Source: Planctomycetota bacterium (GTDB lineage: Bacteria; Planctomycetota; Phycisphaerae; WQYP01). From it: DNA of 64,000 bases. The notes below the pieces were generated by a model. The model searched no databases and was not told the DNA's origin. It was given only the letters and a program-made list of their open reading frames with translations. The stretch lies in the NCBI GenBank assembly GCA_021851715.1, contig JAJZCR010000004.1:8703-72702 (forward strand). Direction: 5' to 3'. Made by a program: the position numbers and the translations under genes. Below, piece after piece: positions 37,385 through 48,805 of this stretch. Every line of letters begins with the position of its first letter. Within the stretch, counting starts at the first letter, position 1.

Positions 37385-38107
37385 ATGGCCGGACATTCCC
37401 ATTGGAAGTCGATCAAACATAAAAAGGCGGTCGTTGATGCCCGGCGCGGCAAAGTGTGGAGCAAGCTGGCCCGACTGATCATCATCGCCGCCAAGCGCGG
37501 CGGAAATCCTGATGACAACCTGGCTTTGCGCTACGCCATGGACAAAGCCCGGGCCGCCAATATGCCCAACGATACGATTGAAAAAGCGGTCAAACGCGGC
37601 ACGGGCGAACTGGGCGGCGCTAACTACGAAAGCGCTATTTACGAAGGTTATGGTTCCGGAGGAGTAGCTATTTTGGTGGACGCCCTTACCGACAACCGCA
37701 ACCGCACTGCCGGGGAAATTCGCATGATTTTCGACAAAAACGGCGGGGCGGTGGGAGCGGCGAATTCAGTGGGGTGGATGTTCTCGGTGCAGGGAATTAT
37801 CGCCATCGATAAAGCCTCCATCGCAGAAGACGCCCTGATTGAACTTGCCCTGGAAGCCGGCGCTCAGGATGTGCAAACCTCGCCGGAAGGTTATGTCATC
37901 CAAACCCAAATGGCCGATCTGGAAAAAGTTCGCAAGGCGGTGGCCGCCGCCAACGTGCCGATTGTGTCCGCTGAATTGGTAAAAGTTCCCAGCCAGACCA
38001 TTGCGGTCACCGGTGAAGCGGCGGCAAAGATACAAGCCCTGATCGACGCCCTGGAGGACAACGACGACGTACAAAATGTTTATTCCAACGCCCAGTGGGA
38101 AGATTAA
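37385..38107 (+). CDS. yebC: YebC/PmpR-family DNA-binding transcriptional regulator
   Basis: It has the canonical MAGHSHWKSIKHKKA N-terminus and full-length similarity. Confidence 0.95.
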   Translation: MAGHSHWKSIKHKKAVVDARRGKVWSKLARLIIIAAKRGGNPDDNLALRYAMDKARAANMPNDTIEKAVKRGTGELGGANYESAIYEGYGSGGVAILVDALTDNRNRTAGEIRMIFDKNGGAVGAANSVGWMFSVQGIIAIDKASIAEDALIELALEAGAQDVQTSPEGYVIQTQMADLEKVRKAVAAANVPIVSAELVKVPSQTIAVTGEAAAKIQALIDALEDNDDVQNVYSNAQWED

Positions 38108-38116
38108 GCCGAGTCC

Positions 38117-38575
38117 TTAGCGCGATAAATTCACTGCCACAATACCAATGGCGTTCACATCGGCAAGGGCATTATCGAGCGTTCCCGCCATGGCGGTGTG
38201 ATTTTCCGTTTGCACCACCCCCACGACGGAAGGGCCCGTCGCTGCGCCGGTGTTGACCCTGCCTGGCACCGCGGCATCCAGATTGATGAGCAGCACGCTG
38301 GCATTGTGTGGATCTACACATACCCCGGAGTTGTCATCTTCGGCGCTGGAAAGAACCTCCTGGCCCAGCGATTGGCCGCTGATACGGACGGAGACAACAT
38401 GGTTATACCTCAAACGAACCTGATGGCCCGCGGACGACCTGGCTGCCAAAGAGTGAATCGCCGGTGCAGCCCCGGCGCAAGGCGCAAGGCCGACCAGAAC
38501 CGCCGCGAGTATGCCGGCTAAAACGCGACGAGTTTTGCCTGGTGACATCTCTATTGAACAAACACGACCACTCAT
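38117..38575 (-). CDS. Small secreted hypothetical protein
   Basis: A GGAG SD lies upstream of ATG 38575. The signal-like segment is RRVLAGILAAVLVGLAPCAGAAPA. No homology was recognised. Confidence 0.5.
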   Translation of the reverse strand: MSGRVCSIEMSPGKTRRVLAGILAAVLVGLAPCAGAAPAIHSLAARSSAGHQVRLRYNHVVSVRISGQSLGQEVLSSAEDDNSGVCVDPHNASVLLINLDAAVPGRVNTGAATGPSVVGVVQTENHTAMAGTLDNALADVNAIGIVAVNLSR

Positions 38576-39185
38576 GGATTGCTCCAGAATATCCGTAACC
38601 GTAACGAAAATTTTCGATGGGTAGACTATCCCTCGATAGCACTCCCGTTAACACCTGGCATCCAGCCATTGCCACCAAGAGCCATCTTGTGACACGACAA
38701 ACGCCATGCCAGCACTCGACCCCGCAAATCTTTGCGGGATACAAGCGTCGCAGTCCATGATAGGTTGATGTAGATCAGAAGTCAAATGAAAAATTTTAAA
38801 AGGATGGCCAGATTTTCACATGAGACGCAAAATCACTCTTTAATGATCCAAAACTCTTGTTCCTTCCCGGTCTTTTCCGGGCAGGGCCAAGAATGTTTCG
38901 GTTAGACTCCAGATGCCCAAGCGGGCCGCACGCGCTGCCCGGTTTACCTCCCGTTGCACCTCCATCGCACGCTTCGCCACCAACCGTTCCTCTTCGCTAT
39001 TGACTTCGATTGGTTGGATCCTTTTGAATCCTCCTTAATCGAGCTGTGGGAGTGGCCGCCTTATAGGATCTATCCGATTCCAGCCGGAATTCATGGGGAA
39101 GCCAAAGCCGCCCGCTCGCCGCCGCCGCAGCCGCGGTGCTCTCTGGCAAATGGGCTGAATTCGGTTAGGATTCACGGTGGAAAAG

Positions 39186-40151
39186 ATGGATCGCCCTGTA
39201 CTTAAACTTGGTTCCCGCGGCAGCCTGCTGGCCACAACCCAGGCCCGGCAAGTTATCGGCTTGCTGGAGCCATTTCTGGGTGGGCGGAAAATCGAACTGG
39301 TCATCATCACCACGTCCGGGGATAAAGCCGTCGATACTCCGCTGGCCCAATCCGGCGGCAAGGGACTGTTCATCAAGGAAATTGAAAGTGAGCTGCTGGC
39401 AGGCCGCATTGATTTAGCCGTCCATTCCGCCAAGGATATGCCCACCGAAATTCCGCCCGGCTTGGTCATTGCCGCCACCCCCCCCCGCCAGCCTCCCAAC
39501 GATGTGTGGATTGGCCATGCCGGTTTGGCATTGGCGGACCTGCCGCCCGGTTCGGTCGTCGGCACATCATCGCCACGGCGCCAGGTGCAGGTACTGGCCC
39601 GTCGGGCCGATATTCGCGTGGAGCCGCTGCGGGGTAATATAGACACACGGTTGAAGAAAGTTCGCGATGGCGTGGTGGCTGGTACGCTGCTCGCCCAGGC
39701 GGGGTTAATGCGTGCGGACATGCTGCCGCCGGAGAGCCTGATTTTATCCTGCGAAGAATTCATCCCTGCCGCCGGCCAGGGCACGCTGGCCATTGAAGCG
39801 CGGTGGGATGACGAATTGGTTTGCACCTTGGCCAAATCCATTCACCACCGCCCCACCTTCTGGGCCTTGGACTTTGAACGCAAAATTGTGCGGGCCTTGG
39901 CCGGTAACTGCATGGCTCCAATCGGCGTGTGCGCCCAACAACGCGGGGTCGTGGATGGTGTAGCGCAAGCGGGATGGATCGTTCGTGCGATTGTTGCCAC
40001 CCCCGACGCCCGCCATGTCGCCCGCGGAACCCTGTTGACGGAAAATCCTTCCGCAGCGGGCTTAAACGCCCTGCTCCAACCGCTGCTGGATATGCTCCAG
40101 AGCCGCGGCTCTGATGAGATTCTTGCACAAATCGCCACTTCGGGCCATTAG
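39186..40151 (+). CDS. hemC: Hydroxymethylbilane synthase (porphobilinogen deaminase)
   Basis: LKLGSRGSLLATTQA, SGDK, GGKGLFIKEIE and GNIDTRL are HemC motifs. The start is ATG 39186 or GTG 39177. Confidence 0.9.
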   Translation: MDRPVLKLGSRGSLLATTQARQVIGLLEPFLGGRKIELVIITTSGDKAVDTPLAQSGGKGLFIKEIESELLAGRIDLAVHSAKDMPTEIPPGLVIAATPPRQPPNDVWIGHAGLALADLPPGSVVGTSSPRRQVQVLARRADIRVEPLRGNIDTRLKKVRDGVVAGTLLAQAGLMRADMLPPESLILSCEEFIPAAGQGTLAIEARWDDELVCTLAKSIHHRPTFWALDFERKIVRALAGNCMAPIGVCAQQRGVVDGVAQAGWIVRAIVATPDARHVARGTLLTENPSAAGLNALLQPLLDMLQSRGSDEILAQIATSGH

Positions 40152-40289
40152 CAACCTTTTTGGCCGCCGGTGCCGAGCGTACGTCGACTCACGAGCCTGC
40201 CACTTGCCCGGAGGCGCGGCCTTCTGTAATCTTTGCGGAAAAGGGCCGGAACAACTTTCCCGGCGGGACTTCAATGCTGGAAGGTTTCC

Positions 40290-42320
40290 ATGAAAATTTC
40301 CCTGGACTGGATCGCTCAATATGTAGACAAAGGCGTTGCGGTGCAAGAAGCCCGCGAGGCTTTACTCAATGCCGGGTTGCCGGTTGAATCGGTGGTGGAG
40401 ACCGAGCACGGCCCGCTTCTGGATGTGGAAGTGACGAGCAATCGCAGTGACTGCCTGTGCCACATGGGCATGGCCCGTGAATTGGCGGCGCTGCTGGGCC
40501 GAAAATTCCACCTGCCGAAAGTGGAATTGCGGGAATCCGGCCGCCCCGTAAACGAACTGGCCCAGGTGCGTATCGAAGATGCCGCCGGCTGTGTGCGTTA
40601 TGTGGCCCGGGTCATCAACAATGTGCGCGTCGGAGCATCTCCGGCATGGCTTAAAAACGCTTTGGAATCCGTGGGCCAGCGCAGCATCAACAATGTAGTA
40701 GATGTCACTAATTATGTGCTGCTGGAAACGGGCCAACCGCTGCACGCGTTTGATCTGGATCAATTGGCGAAACGGCAAATTGTGGTCCGACGGGCCAGAG
40801 CCGGTGAAAAGCTGGTAACCATTGACGGCCAAACCCGTGTGCTCCAGCCATCCATGCTGGTCATTGCCGATGAGCAGTTGCCGGTAGCGGTGGCAGGCAT
40901 TATGGGAGGGAAAAATTCCGGCGTAACCGAGGCCACCGTGAATGTACTGCTGGAATCGGCGAGGTTTGATCCATTAACCATTCGCCAAACCGCCCGGGCT
41001 TTGACCTTGAGCAGTGAATCATCCTATCGCTTTGAACGCGGTATAGATCCCGCAGCCACGGAATGGGCTTCGGGCCGCGCGGCGCAGTTGATCTTGGAAG
41101 TCGCCGGCGGAGATTTGGCCCGCGGGGTGTGTGCGGTTGGGAATGTGGCTGACAGCAGCCGCGAAGTTCGCCTGCGGCTGGGGCAGGTCAAGCGCATTGT
41201 GGGAGTTGATATTCCGCCGGAGCAGATCCGTGAAATTCTGACCCGATTGGAATTTTCACCCCGCGCAGATGGCCCGGATTTCGTCTGCCGGGTGCCTGCC
41301 CATCGGCTGGATGTGTCGCGGGAAATTGATTTGATTGAAGAAATTTGCCGGGTGTGGGGTTATGGCAAAATCCCGGTGGAGCAAAAAGTTTCTCATGCGG
41401 TGCGGCTGATGGACCGGGCGGAGGAAGCCGGACGATTGATAAGAACCTTCCTGGCCGGTGCCGGCGCCAGCGAGGCGATTACGTTTAGTTTTGTGGATGC
41501 GGCCGAAGCACAATTGTTCCTGGACCCAACGGCAGGTCGGCCGCTGCGCGTGAGCGATGCGGTCCGCAAAGTGAGCAACACCCTGCGGACCAGCATATTT
41601 CCGGGATTGCTGCGTTCGCGGCGGCATAACGAAACCAATGGCCAGATGAACGCCTTTTTGTTTGAGGTTGCCGGCATTTATTTTCAGGCCGCAGGCAAGC
41701 CCGGCGACAAGCCTTTTGAGGAGCCACAATTGGCCTTGGTCGGCGATACGGTGTCCCAGATGACCGGTGCCATGGAATTGCTGGTACATAAATTAAATCG
41801 GCAAGCGGTAGTGCGGGTGCATCCGAAGGATTTTACCATGTTTGCCCGCGGCACCTCCGGCGAGGTGCGAGTCACCGTGGACAATCAAGGCGAAACGGTG
41901 CTGGGCGCTGTGGGCATGTTCAGCCCGGCGGTGCAGGCGTACTACGATTTAAAACATGCCGCGGCCGGTATCCAGGTACGTTGGTCCACATTGCTGCATT
42001 TATTTGAGCCGGTGCCTGGTGCCCGCCCGATTCCGCGTTTTCCCGCGGTGCGGCGGGATTTATCAGTGGTGGTCGATGAGGCAGTGCGTTGGGGAACCCT
42101 CCGGGATCTGCTGATGAACTTAGCGCTGGAATTTCTCCAGAGCGTGGAGTTTGTGGGCGTGTTTCGCGGTAAACAGGTTGGAACCGGACGTAAAAGCGTT
42201 ACCTTAACGCTGGTTTTTCGCAATCCTCAGGCCACGCTGCGGTCACAGGAGGTGGACCTGCAGATTCAACGAGCCTTGGCTGCTTTGCAGCTTCGCTGCG
42301 GCGCGGTGTTGCGGGTATAA
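40290..42320 (+). CDS. pheT: Phenylalanine--tRNA ligase beta subunit, short form lacking the N-terminal OB (tRNA-binding) insert
   Basis: The MKISLDWIAQYV start runs directly into DVEVTSNRSDCLCHMGMARELAA. The B3/4, B5 and FDX-ACB-like C-terminus are present. No pheS is adjacent. Confidence 0.9.
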   Translation: MKISLDWIAQYVDKGVAVQEAREALLNAGLPVESVVETEHGPLLDVEVTSNRSDCLCHMGMARELAALLGRKFHLPKVELRESGRPVNELAQVRIEDAAGCVRYVARVINNVRVGASPAWLKNALESVGQRSINNVVDVTNYVLLETGQPLHAFDLDQLAKRQIVVRRARAGEKLVTIDGQTRVLQPSMLVIADEQLPVAVAGIMGGKNSGVTEATVNVLLESARFDPLTIRQTARALTLSSESSYRFERGIDPAATEWASGRAAQLILEVAGGDLARGVCAVGNVADSSREVRLRLGQVKRIVGVDIPPEQIREILTRLEFSPRADGPDFVCRVPAHRLDVSREIDLIEEICRVWGYGKIPVEQKVSHAVRLMDRAEEAGRLIRTFLAGAGASEAITFSFVDAAEAQLFLDPTAGRPLRVSDAVRKVSNTLRTSIFPGLLRSRRHNETNGQMNAFLFEVAGIYFQAAGKPGDKPFEEPQLALVGDTVSQMTGAMELLVHKLNRQAVVRVHPKDFTMFARGTSGEVRVTVDNQGETVLGAVGMFSPAVQAYYDLKHAAAGIQVRWSTLLHLFEPVPGARPIPRFPAVRRDLSVVVDEAVRWGTLRDLLMNLALEFLQSVEFVGVFRGKQVGTGRKSVTLTLVFRNPQATLRSQEVDLQIQRALAALQLRCGAVLRV

Positions 42321-42524
42321 TGGCTGTGGTGCCGGTGTGTACATCGGCCAAAAACTGTTTTGTGCGGGCAGCGGTGAATTTTAAGCTTCCTCTGGCCGAT
42401 AAACAGTAAGGGTGTGTTGCCCCTGCGTTGACAGGTGCGGCTTGATTATTGGAATCGGGTCGGCCTAGAATAAACCGCCACGGGAAAAGATTCTGTGGTG
42501 TGAAACCGCTTTTAGGAGCGTTGG

Positions 42525-45035
42525 ATGTACGAGAGATTTACAGATCGTGCCCGCAAGGTAATGGCCCTGGCCAACCAGGAGGCACAGCGCTTTAACCATG
42601 AATACATTGGTACCGAACACATTTTGCTCGGACTGGTGAAAGAAGGGTCGGGCGTGGGTGCGACGGTGCTGAAAAATCTGGATATTGACCTGCGCAAGGT
42701 TCGCCTGGAAGTGGAGAAATTGGTCAAAAGCGGACCGGATATGGTCACCATGGGTAAACTCCCGCAGACGCCACGGGCCAAAAAAGTCATTGAATACGCC
42801 ATTGAAGAAGCCCGCAATCTGGGCCACAACTATGTCGGTACGGAACATCTGCTTCTGGGCCTGCTCCGCGAGCGCGATGGCGTTGCGGCCCAGGTGCTGA
42901 TGAACCTGGGGCTGAAGCTCGAGGAAGTGCGCGAAGAAGTGCTGAACTTGCTGGGTGCCGGGGTCGAAAGCGAAGCCAACCCCGAAAGCAAGGAGACTAA
43001 AACCAAATCGCGCACACCCGCGCTGGATTCCTTCGGCCGTGATCTTACCGAACTGGCCCGTGAAGGAGCGTTGGACCCGGTCATTGGTCGATCCAATGAA
43101 ATTGAACGAGTGATTCAGATTTTGTGCCGGCGCACCAAAAACAATCCGGTGCTGCTGGGCGAAGCGGGTGTCGGTAAAACGGCCATTGTGGAAGGCCTGG
43201 CGCAGAAAATTGTGGCCAATGATGTTCCGGAAATTTTATTTGAAAAGCGGATTGTAGTGCTGGATCTGGCGATGATGGTGGCGGGCACCAAGTATCGCGG
43301 ACAGTTTGAAGAACGCATCAAGGCGGTGATGAACGAAGTGCGCCGGGCCAAAAATGTGGTGCTCTTCATTGATGAGTTGCACACCCTGGTCGGAGCGGGC
43401 GGGGCGGAAGGTGCTATTGACGCCAGCAATGTGCTCAAGCCTTCCCTGGCCCGCGGCGAAATTCAGTGCATCGGGGCCACCACCCTTGATGAATACCGCA
43501 AATACGTGGAGAAAGACAGCGCCCTGGAACGGCGATTCCAGACCATTATTGTCGAGCCGCCCAGCAAGGACGAAACGCTGGATATTTTGCGCGGCCTGCG
43601 CGATCGTTATGAAGCTCACCACCGCGTTCAGATTACGGACGGGGCTTTGCGTGGAGCAGTGGAACTTTCCACGCGCTACATCACCGGGCGCTGCCTGCCG
43701 GACAAGGCCATTGACATTATTGACGAGGCGGGTGCCCGGGTGCGGCTGAAAAGCATGACCAAGCCGCCGAATCTGACGGAAATTGATGAGCAAATTGAAC
43801 GCCTGACCATGGACAAGGAGGAGGCTGTAAAAAATGCCGATTATGAACGTGCCGCTGAACTGCGCGATCAGGCCGAGGCGCTGCGCCGCAACAAGGAAGA
43901 GGCTCAAAAGAAATGGCGTGAGCAGGCCAAGGTGGTCGATGGCATTGTGGATGAAGAAATCGTGGCTGAAGTGGTCAGCAAAATGACGGGGGTTCCGCTC
44001 ACCCGGCTCGAAAAGGCCGAGGCATCGCGCCTTCTGGAACTGGAAAGTGAACTCCACAAGCGGGTGATCAGCCAGGATGAAGCCATTAAATCCATTTCGC
44101 GGTCTATTCGCCGCGCCCGGTCCGGCCTCAAGGACCCTGCCCGGCCCATGGGCACATTCCTGTTTTTAGGGCCTTCCGGCGTGGGCAAAACCTTGCTATC
44201 CAAGGCCATTGCAGAATTTCTGTTCGGCAATGAGGCTTCGCTGATTCAAATTGACATGTCGGAATACATGGAAAAGCACAATGTCAGTCGGCTCGTCGGG
44301 GCCCCGCCGGGCTACGTCGGTTACGAAGAAGGCGGACAGCTCACTGAACGCATTCGCCGCCGGCCCTACGCGGTGGTGCTGCTCGATGAAATTGAAAAAG
44401 CCCATCCGGATGTGTTCAATATGCTCCTGCAGATCATGGAAGAAGGACACCTCACGGACAACGTCGGCCGCAAGGTGGATTTCAAAAACACCATCCTTAT
44501 CATGACCAGCAACATCGGTGCGGATCTGATCAAGAGTGGCGGCATCCAGAGTTTCGGCTATGGCAAACGCGACAGCGAACAGGACTTTGAAGGAATGAAA
44601 AAAGGCCTGCTGCGCGAAGTTGAAAAGTTTTTCCGGCCGGAATTCATCAATCGGCTGGATGAAACCATCATCTTCCGCCCGTTAAGCAAGGAAGATCTCT
44701 ATCGCATCATCGATATCGAAATCCGCAAGGTCACCAAGCGCCTGGTGGAACAGGGTGTCGGGCTGGAAACCACCGCAGCCGCCCACGATTTCCTCATTGA
44801 AAAGGGGTACAACCCGGACTTTGGCGCCCGGCCTCTCCGCCGTGCCATCGAGCAATACGTGGAAGACCCGCTGTCCGAGGCAATCCTGCGCGGCGAATAT
44901 AAACAGGTCCGCAAGGTGAAAATCGACCGCGATGGTGATTCTTTGCGGTTTGAATCGGTGCCTGCGGAGGTTCCGCCGGAGCCTGCATCCGCCGCACCAG
45001 CTGTGGCCGGAACCAGTGCCGCCGACGCCACCTGA
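42525..45035 (+). CDS. clpC: ATP-dependent Clp protease ATP-binding subunit ClpC
   Basis: It has a double Clp_N repeat and two Walker A motifs ([28 protein letters not shown]). A UVR-like segment is [27 protein letters not shown] is present. Confidence 0.95.
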   Translation: MYERFTDRARKVMALANQEAQRFNHEYIGTEHILLGLVKEGSGVGATVLKNLDIDLRKVRLEVEKLVKSGPDMVTMGKLPQTPRAKKVIEYAIEEARNLGHNYVGTEHLLLGLLRERDGVAAQVLMNLGLKLEEVREEVLNLLGAGVESEANPESKETKTKSRTPALDSFGRDLTELAREGALDPVIGRSNEIERVIQILCRRTKNNPVLLGEAGVGKTAIVEGLAQKIVANDVPEILFEKRIVVLDLAMMVAGTKYRGQFEERIKAVMNEVRRAKNVVLFIDELHTLVGAGGAEGAIDASNVLKPSLARGEIQCIGATTLDEYRKYVEKDSALERRFQTIIVEPPSKDETLDILRGLRDRYEAHHRVQITDGALRGAVELSTRYITGRCLPDKAIDIIDEAGARVRLKSMTKPPNLTEIDEQIERLTMDKEEAVKNADYERAAELRDQAEALRRNKEEAQKKWREQAKVVDGIVDEEIVAEVVSKMTGVPLTRLEKAEASRLLELESELHKRVISQDEAIKSISRSIRRARSGLKDPARPMGTFLFLGPSGVGKTLLSKAIAEFLFGNEASLIQIDMSEYMEKHNVSRLVGAPPGYVGYEEGGQLTERIRRRPYAVVLLDEIEKAHPDVFNMLLQIMEEGHLTDNVGRKVDFKNTILIMTSNIGADLIKSGGIQSFGYGKRDSEQDFEGMKKGLLREVEKFFRPEFINRLDETIIFRPLSKEDLYRIIDIEIRKVTKRLVEQGVGLETTAAAHDFLIEKGYNPDFGARPLRRAIEQYVEDPLSEAILRGEYKQVRKVKIDRDGDSLRFESVPAEVPPEPASAAPAVAGTSAADAT

Positions 45036-45116
45036 TCCGGTGCTCTGCGTGCAATCGTGAGGGCGGATTTTTAAAAGACTTCGCAAAAATAAATTCTTGC
45101 GTTACGGCGCAGAAGT

Positions 45117-45167
45117 GTCGGCCGATTAAGCTTGATCCGCGCCCGTGAGGAAGCGGCGTTACAATCG
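45117..45167 (+). repeat. Short, internally deleted copy (C) of the dispersed intergenic repeat element
   Basis: 45140-45167 (CGCCCGTGAGGAAGCGGCGTTACAATCG) is identical to 17479-17506. The preceding GTCGGCCGATTAAGCTTGATCCGC resembles the 5' hairpin arm and loop start of copy B (GTCAATCCCGATAGCTTGCTC). Confidence 0.6.
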
Positions 45168-45318
45168 CCACCCCGTCGCCAATCGACCCCGTCCTTCGTG
45201 TATCCTTCGGTCCTTTGTGGTGCAACCCCCTGCGCCCGGCCCATGAACCAATTTGCTTGCGCTGCGCCACATGGCTAGCATATCAATGGCGAACGGCAAT
45301 ACGAAAGGCAGGTCTGCC

Positions 45319-47688
45319 ATGGCCAGTAACACGCTTACGCCGGATGTGCTCGCCAAAATGGATGCGTACTGGCGAGCCGGCAACTACATCTCCGTCGGAC
45401 AGATTTATCTCTATGACAATCCCCTGCTGAAAAAGCCCCTCAAGCTGGAACACATCAAGCCGATGCTGCTGGGCCACTGGGGTACCACGCCCGGCCAGAA
45501 TTTTATCTACACCCACCTCAACCGCGTGATCAACAAGTACGATCTGGACATGATTTACCTGTCCGGTCCCGGCCATGGCGGCCCGGCAGTGGTCGGCAAT
45601 GTGTACCTGGAAGGAACATACAGCGAGGTCTACCCCAACATAAGCCAGGATGAAGCGGGGCTGAAAAAGCTATTCAAGCAATTTTCATTCCCCGGCGGAA
45701 TTCCCAGCCATGCCGCGCCGGAAACTCCGGGGTCCATTCACGAAGGAGGCGAGCTTGGCTATTCTCTCAGCCACGCCTTTGGCGCGGTCTTTGATAATCC
45801 GGATTTGATCGCCGCATGCGTGGTTGGCGATGGCGAGGCGGAAACCGGTCCGCTGGCCACCAGTTGGCATTCTAATAAATTCTTAAATCCGAAAACCGAC
45901 GGCGCGGTACTGCCCATTCTCCATCTTAACGGTTATAAAATTTCCAACCCAACTCTATTGGCCCGTATTGAACCGGAAGAATTGGAACAACTGCTGCGCG
46001 GTTACGGGTGGACGCCTTATTTTGTGCAAGGCGAAGAACCCGCACTGATGCATGAAGCCATGGCTACCGCGCTGGATGCGGCGGTGGAACGCATCAAAGA
46101 AATTCAATATCAGGCCCGTAGCCAGAATAATATCATGCGCCCACGCTGGCCGATGATTGTGCTCAAGTCACCCAAGGGCTGGACTGGCCCGAGATTTATT
46201 GACGGCCTGCCCGTGGAAGGCACTTTTCGCGCCCATCAGGTGCCGCTATCCGACCCGGCGAAAAATCCAGAGCATTTAAAGATGCTGGAAAGCTGGATGA
46301 AAAGTTATCGCCCCGAGGAACTTTTTGACGATTCCGGCCGTCTGAAACCCGAACTCGCCGCCCTTGCGCCAAAAGGTACGCGGCGGATGGGAGCCAACCC
46401 GCACGCCAACGGCGGTCTGCTGCTGCGCGATTTGCGGATGCCGGACTTTCGCGATTATGCCGTGGCCGTACCCGCGCCCGGCATTGGCGGCATCGGCGAT
46501 ACACACGTGCTGGGACCATTTTTGCGCGATGTGGCCAGGCTCAATGAGCATCCGCGGAATTTCCGCATACTCGGTCCGGATGAGACACTTTCCAACGGGT
46601 TGGGGGCGGTGTTTGAGGCCACCCATCGCCAATGGGATGCCCGCGCAGTGCAACAGGATGAATTTCTCGCGCCGGCGGGCGGCGTGCTCGACTCCATGCT
46701 CAGCGAACATCAGTGTGAAGGCTGGCTGGAAGGATATTTGCTCACCGGACGGCATGGCGTATTCAACTGCTACGAAGCGTTTACCCACGTGGTTGCTTCC
46801 ATGTTTAACCAGCACGCTAAGTGGCTGGAAGTGACTCGCGATTTGCCGTGGCGAGCGGATATTGCTTCGTTGAATTATCTGCTTTCTTCGCATGTATGGC
46901 GGCAGGATCACAACGGCTTTACCCATCAGGATCCCGGCTTTCTGGACCTGGTGGTGAATAAAAAAGCGGACGTGGTGCGAGTTTATCTGCCGCCGGACGC
47001 CAACTGTCTGCTTTCCGTGATGGATCACTGCCTGCGCAGCCGACAGTACGTCAACGTGGTGGTGGCCGGAAAACATCCCGCTCCGCAGTGGCTGTCGGTG
47101 GATGCCGCGGCCGCCCATTGCGCACAAGGCATCGGGATATGGAAATGGGCCAGCAACGATGCCCGCGGCGAACCGGATGTGGTGCTGGGCTGCGCCGGCG
47201 ATGTGCCCACGCTGGAGGCGCTCGGGGCGGTTTCCATTTTGCGGCGGGAATTGCCGGATTTAAAAATCCGCGTGATCAATGTTGTCGATCTTATGAAACT
47301 TCAGCCGAACAGCGAACATCCGCACGGCTTGCCGGATGCTGATTTTGATTCTCTTTTCACCCGGGATAAGCCGATTATCTTTGCCTTTCACGGCTACCCT
47401 TGGCTGATTCACCGGTTAACCTATCGGCGCACCAATCACCGCAATCTGCACGTACGCGGCTACAAGGAAAAAGGCACCATCACCACCCCGTTTGATATGA
47501 CCGTCCTGAATGATATGGACCGATTCCATCTGGTGCAGGATGTGGTGGATCGGCTGCCGCAGCTCGGTGCCAAGGCGGCGTATCTCAAGCAAATGGTGCG
47601 CGACAAACTCATCGAACACAAGCGCTACATTGACCAGCACGGACAGGACCTGCCAGAAATTCGCAACTGGAAATGGAGTGCCCGGTGA
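45319..47688 (+). CDS. xfp: Xylulose-5-phosphate/fructose-6-phosphate phosphoketolase
   Basis: [18 protein letters not shown]...[20 protein letters not shown]...GPGHGGPA are canonical phosphoketolase signatures. ATG 45319 is preferred over the track start. Confidence 0.9.
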   Translation: MASNTLTPDVLAKMDAYWRAGNYISVGQIYLYDNPLLKKPLKLEHIKPMLLGHWGTTPGQNFIYTHLNRVINKYDLDMIYLSGPGHGGPAVVGNVYLEGTYSEVYPNISQDEAGLKKLFKQFSFPGGIPSHAAPETPGSIHEGGELGYSLSHAFGAVFDNPDLIAACVVGDGEAETGPLATSWHSNKFLNPKTDGAVLPILHLNGYKISNPTLLARIEPEELEQLLRGYGWTPYFVQGEEPALMHEAMATALDAAVERIKEIQYQARSQNNIMRPRWPMIVLKSPKGWTGPRFIDGLPVEGTFRAHQVPLSDPAKNPEHLKMLESWMKSYRPEELFDDSGRLKPELAALAPKGTRRMGANPHANGGLLLRDLRMPDFRDYAVAVPAPGIGGIGDTHVLGPFLRDVARLNEHPRNFRILGPDETLSNGLGAVFEATHRQWDARAVQQDEFLAPAGGVLDSMLSEHQCEGWLEGYLLTGRHGVFNCYEAFTHVVASMFNQHAKWLEVTRDLPWRADIASLNYLLSSHVWRQDHNGFTHQDPGFLDLVVNKKADVVRVYLPPDANCLLSVMDHCLRSRQYVNVVVAGKHPAPQWLSVDAAAAHCAQGIGIWKWASNDARGEPDVVLGCAGDVPTLEALGAVSILRRELPDLKIRVINVVDLMKLQPNSEHPHGLPDADFDSLFTRDKPIIFAFHGYPWLIHRLTYRRTNHRNLHVRGYKEKGTITTPFDMTVLNDMDRFHLVQDVVDRLPQLGAKAAYLKQMVRDKLIEHKRYIDQHGQDLPEIRNWKWSAR

Positions 47689-47974
47689 AGGGACCGGGCG
47701 TGCTGGGAACATTTCTTTACGGATGGAATCTTGTAATGCTGGTGTGACATAGCGGCCGGAGTTTCGCTGCCGACGCAGTACATGATGGTGGAGCAACTTT
47801 GAGAAAAGTTGGTTGTCCAGAGTTGCCGGGCTGGAGAGAGGCAACTTGACAGCTACAGTCCTATAAAATATTGTAGAAATGTGATTTGCAGGCTGATTCG
47901 GTATGAGGTGTTCGCTTTGTGTGTGAACGTTGCCAACGGCCAAAATGGGGTTGGGTATTTATAGGAGAATTCTT

Positions 47975-48697
47975 ATGTCAGTGCGTTCATTTTTAGTCAG
48001 CGTTACCGCTGTGACTTTGCTTGGTGCTTCAGCAGTCCACGCGGCCGCCAATTTAAAGACGCCGCTGGGTGCTTTGCGCACCTACGCAGCCGCCATTCAC
48101 GCGCAAAGCGTGCCCCATGCGATGGCGTGTGTCAGCAGCACCGGCAAGCGCGAAAAAGCCGTGGTGAAATCCATGTTGACGATGATGGTGGCCAATGAAC
48201 ATTTATCCAAAATCGCGGTGGCCAAGCTGGGACCACCCACCAGTCGCGGAGGCAAGGAATTGGCCAGCGCTTCCAGTGGTTACAAGGCCATGCAGACCAA
48301 AATAAAACATGCCACAGTGCGCATCAAGGGTACTGAGGCCACCGTCACGATGCCGGCGCCAAAAGGCACCACTGCAGGTAAAACCGGCATACTTTATTTT
48401 AAGAAAGTTGGCACCAATTGGAAAATTGACGGAGAAAGGCTTTTTCATCTGGATGCCGTGAAGAAAATTCCGGCCAAGGCGCTGTCCCAACGGCTGGAAA
48501 TGAGCGATCGGATGGCCGGGGCCTTTAATGCTGCGGCCAAGGATATTCAAACAGGCAAGGTAAAAACTTGGGAACAATTGCACAACGACATCTATCTGAA
48601 AATGATGGCCGTGATGAACATGGGCGGCATGGGCGGTGCCCCGGCTAATAACGGTGGTGCAGGTGGCGGGCCGGCTGGCGGCGGCATGGGCCATTAA
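47975..48697 (+). CDS. Secreted hypothetical protein with Gly/Met-rich C-terminus
   Basis: An AGGAG SD lies upstream of ATG 47975. The signal peptide is MSVRSFLVSVTAVTLLGASAVHA. The tail is NMGGMGGAPANNGGAGGGPAGGGMGH. Confidence 0.6.
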   Translation: MSVRSFLVSVTAVTLLGASAVHAAANLKTPLGALRTYAAAIHAQSVPHAMACVSSTGKREKAVVKSMLTMMVANEHLSKIAVAKLGPPTSRGGKELASASSGYKAMQTKIKHATVRIKGTEATVTMPAPKGTTAGKTGILYFKKVGTNWKIDGERLFHLDAVKKIPAKALSQRLEMSDRMAGAFNAAAKDIQTGKVKTWEQLHNDIYLKMMAVMNMGGMGGAPANNGGAGGGPAGGGMGH

Positions 48698-48805
48698 GGC
48701 CATTGGCCGTTCCTCGCGGCCCGGCTTCGTGCCCTTTTGCGCGACACCCGCGATGGCCGCCCCACTGCAAAGGTTTGCCGCAGCCCGGTGCCATCAACGA
48801 CACTG

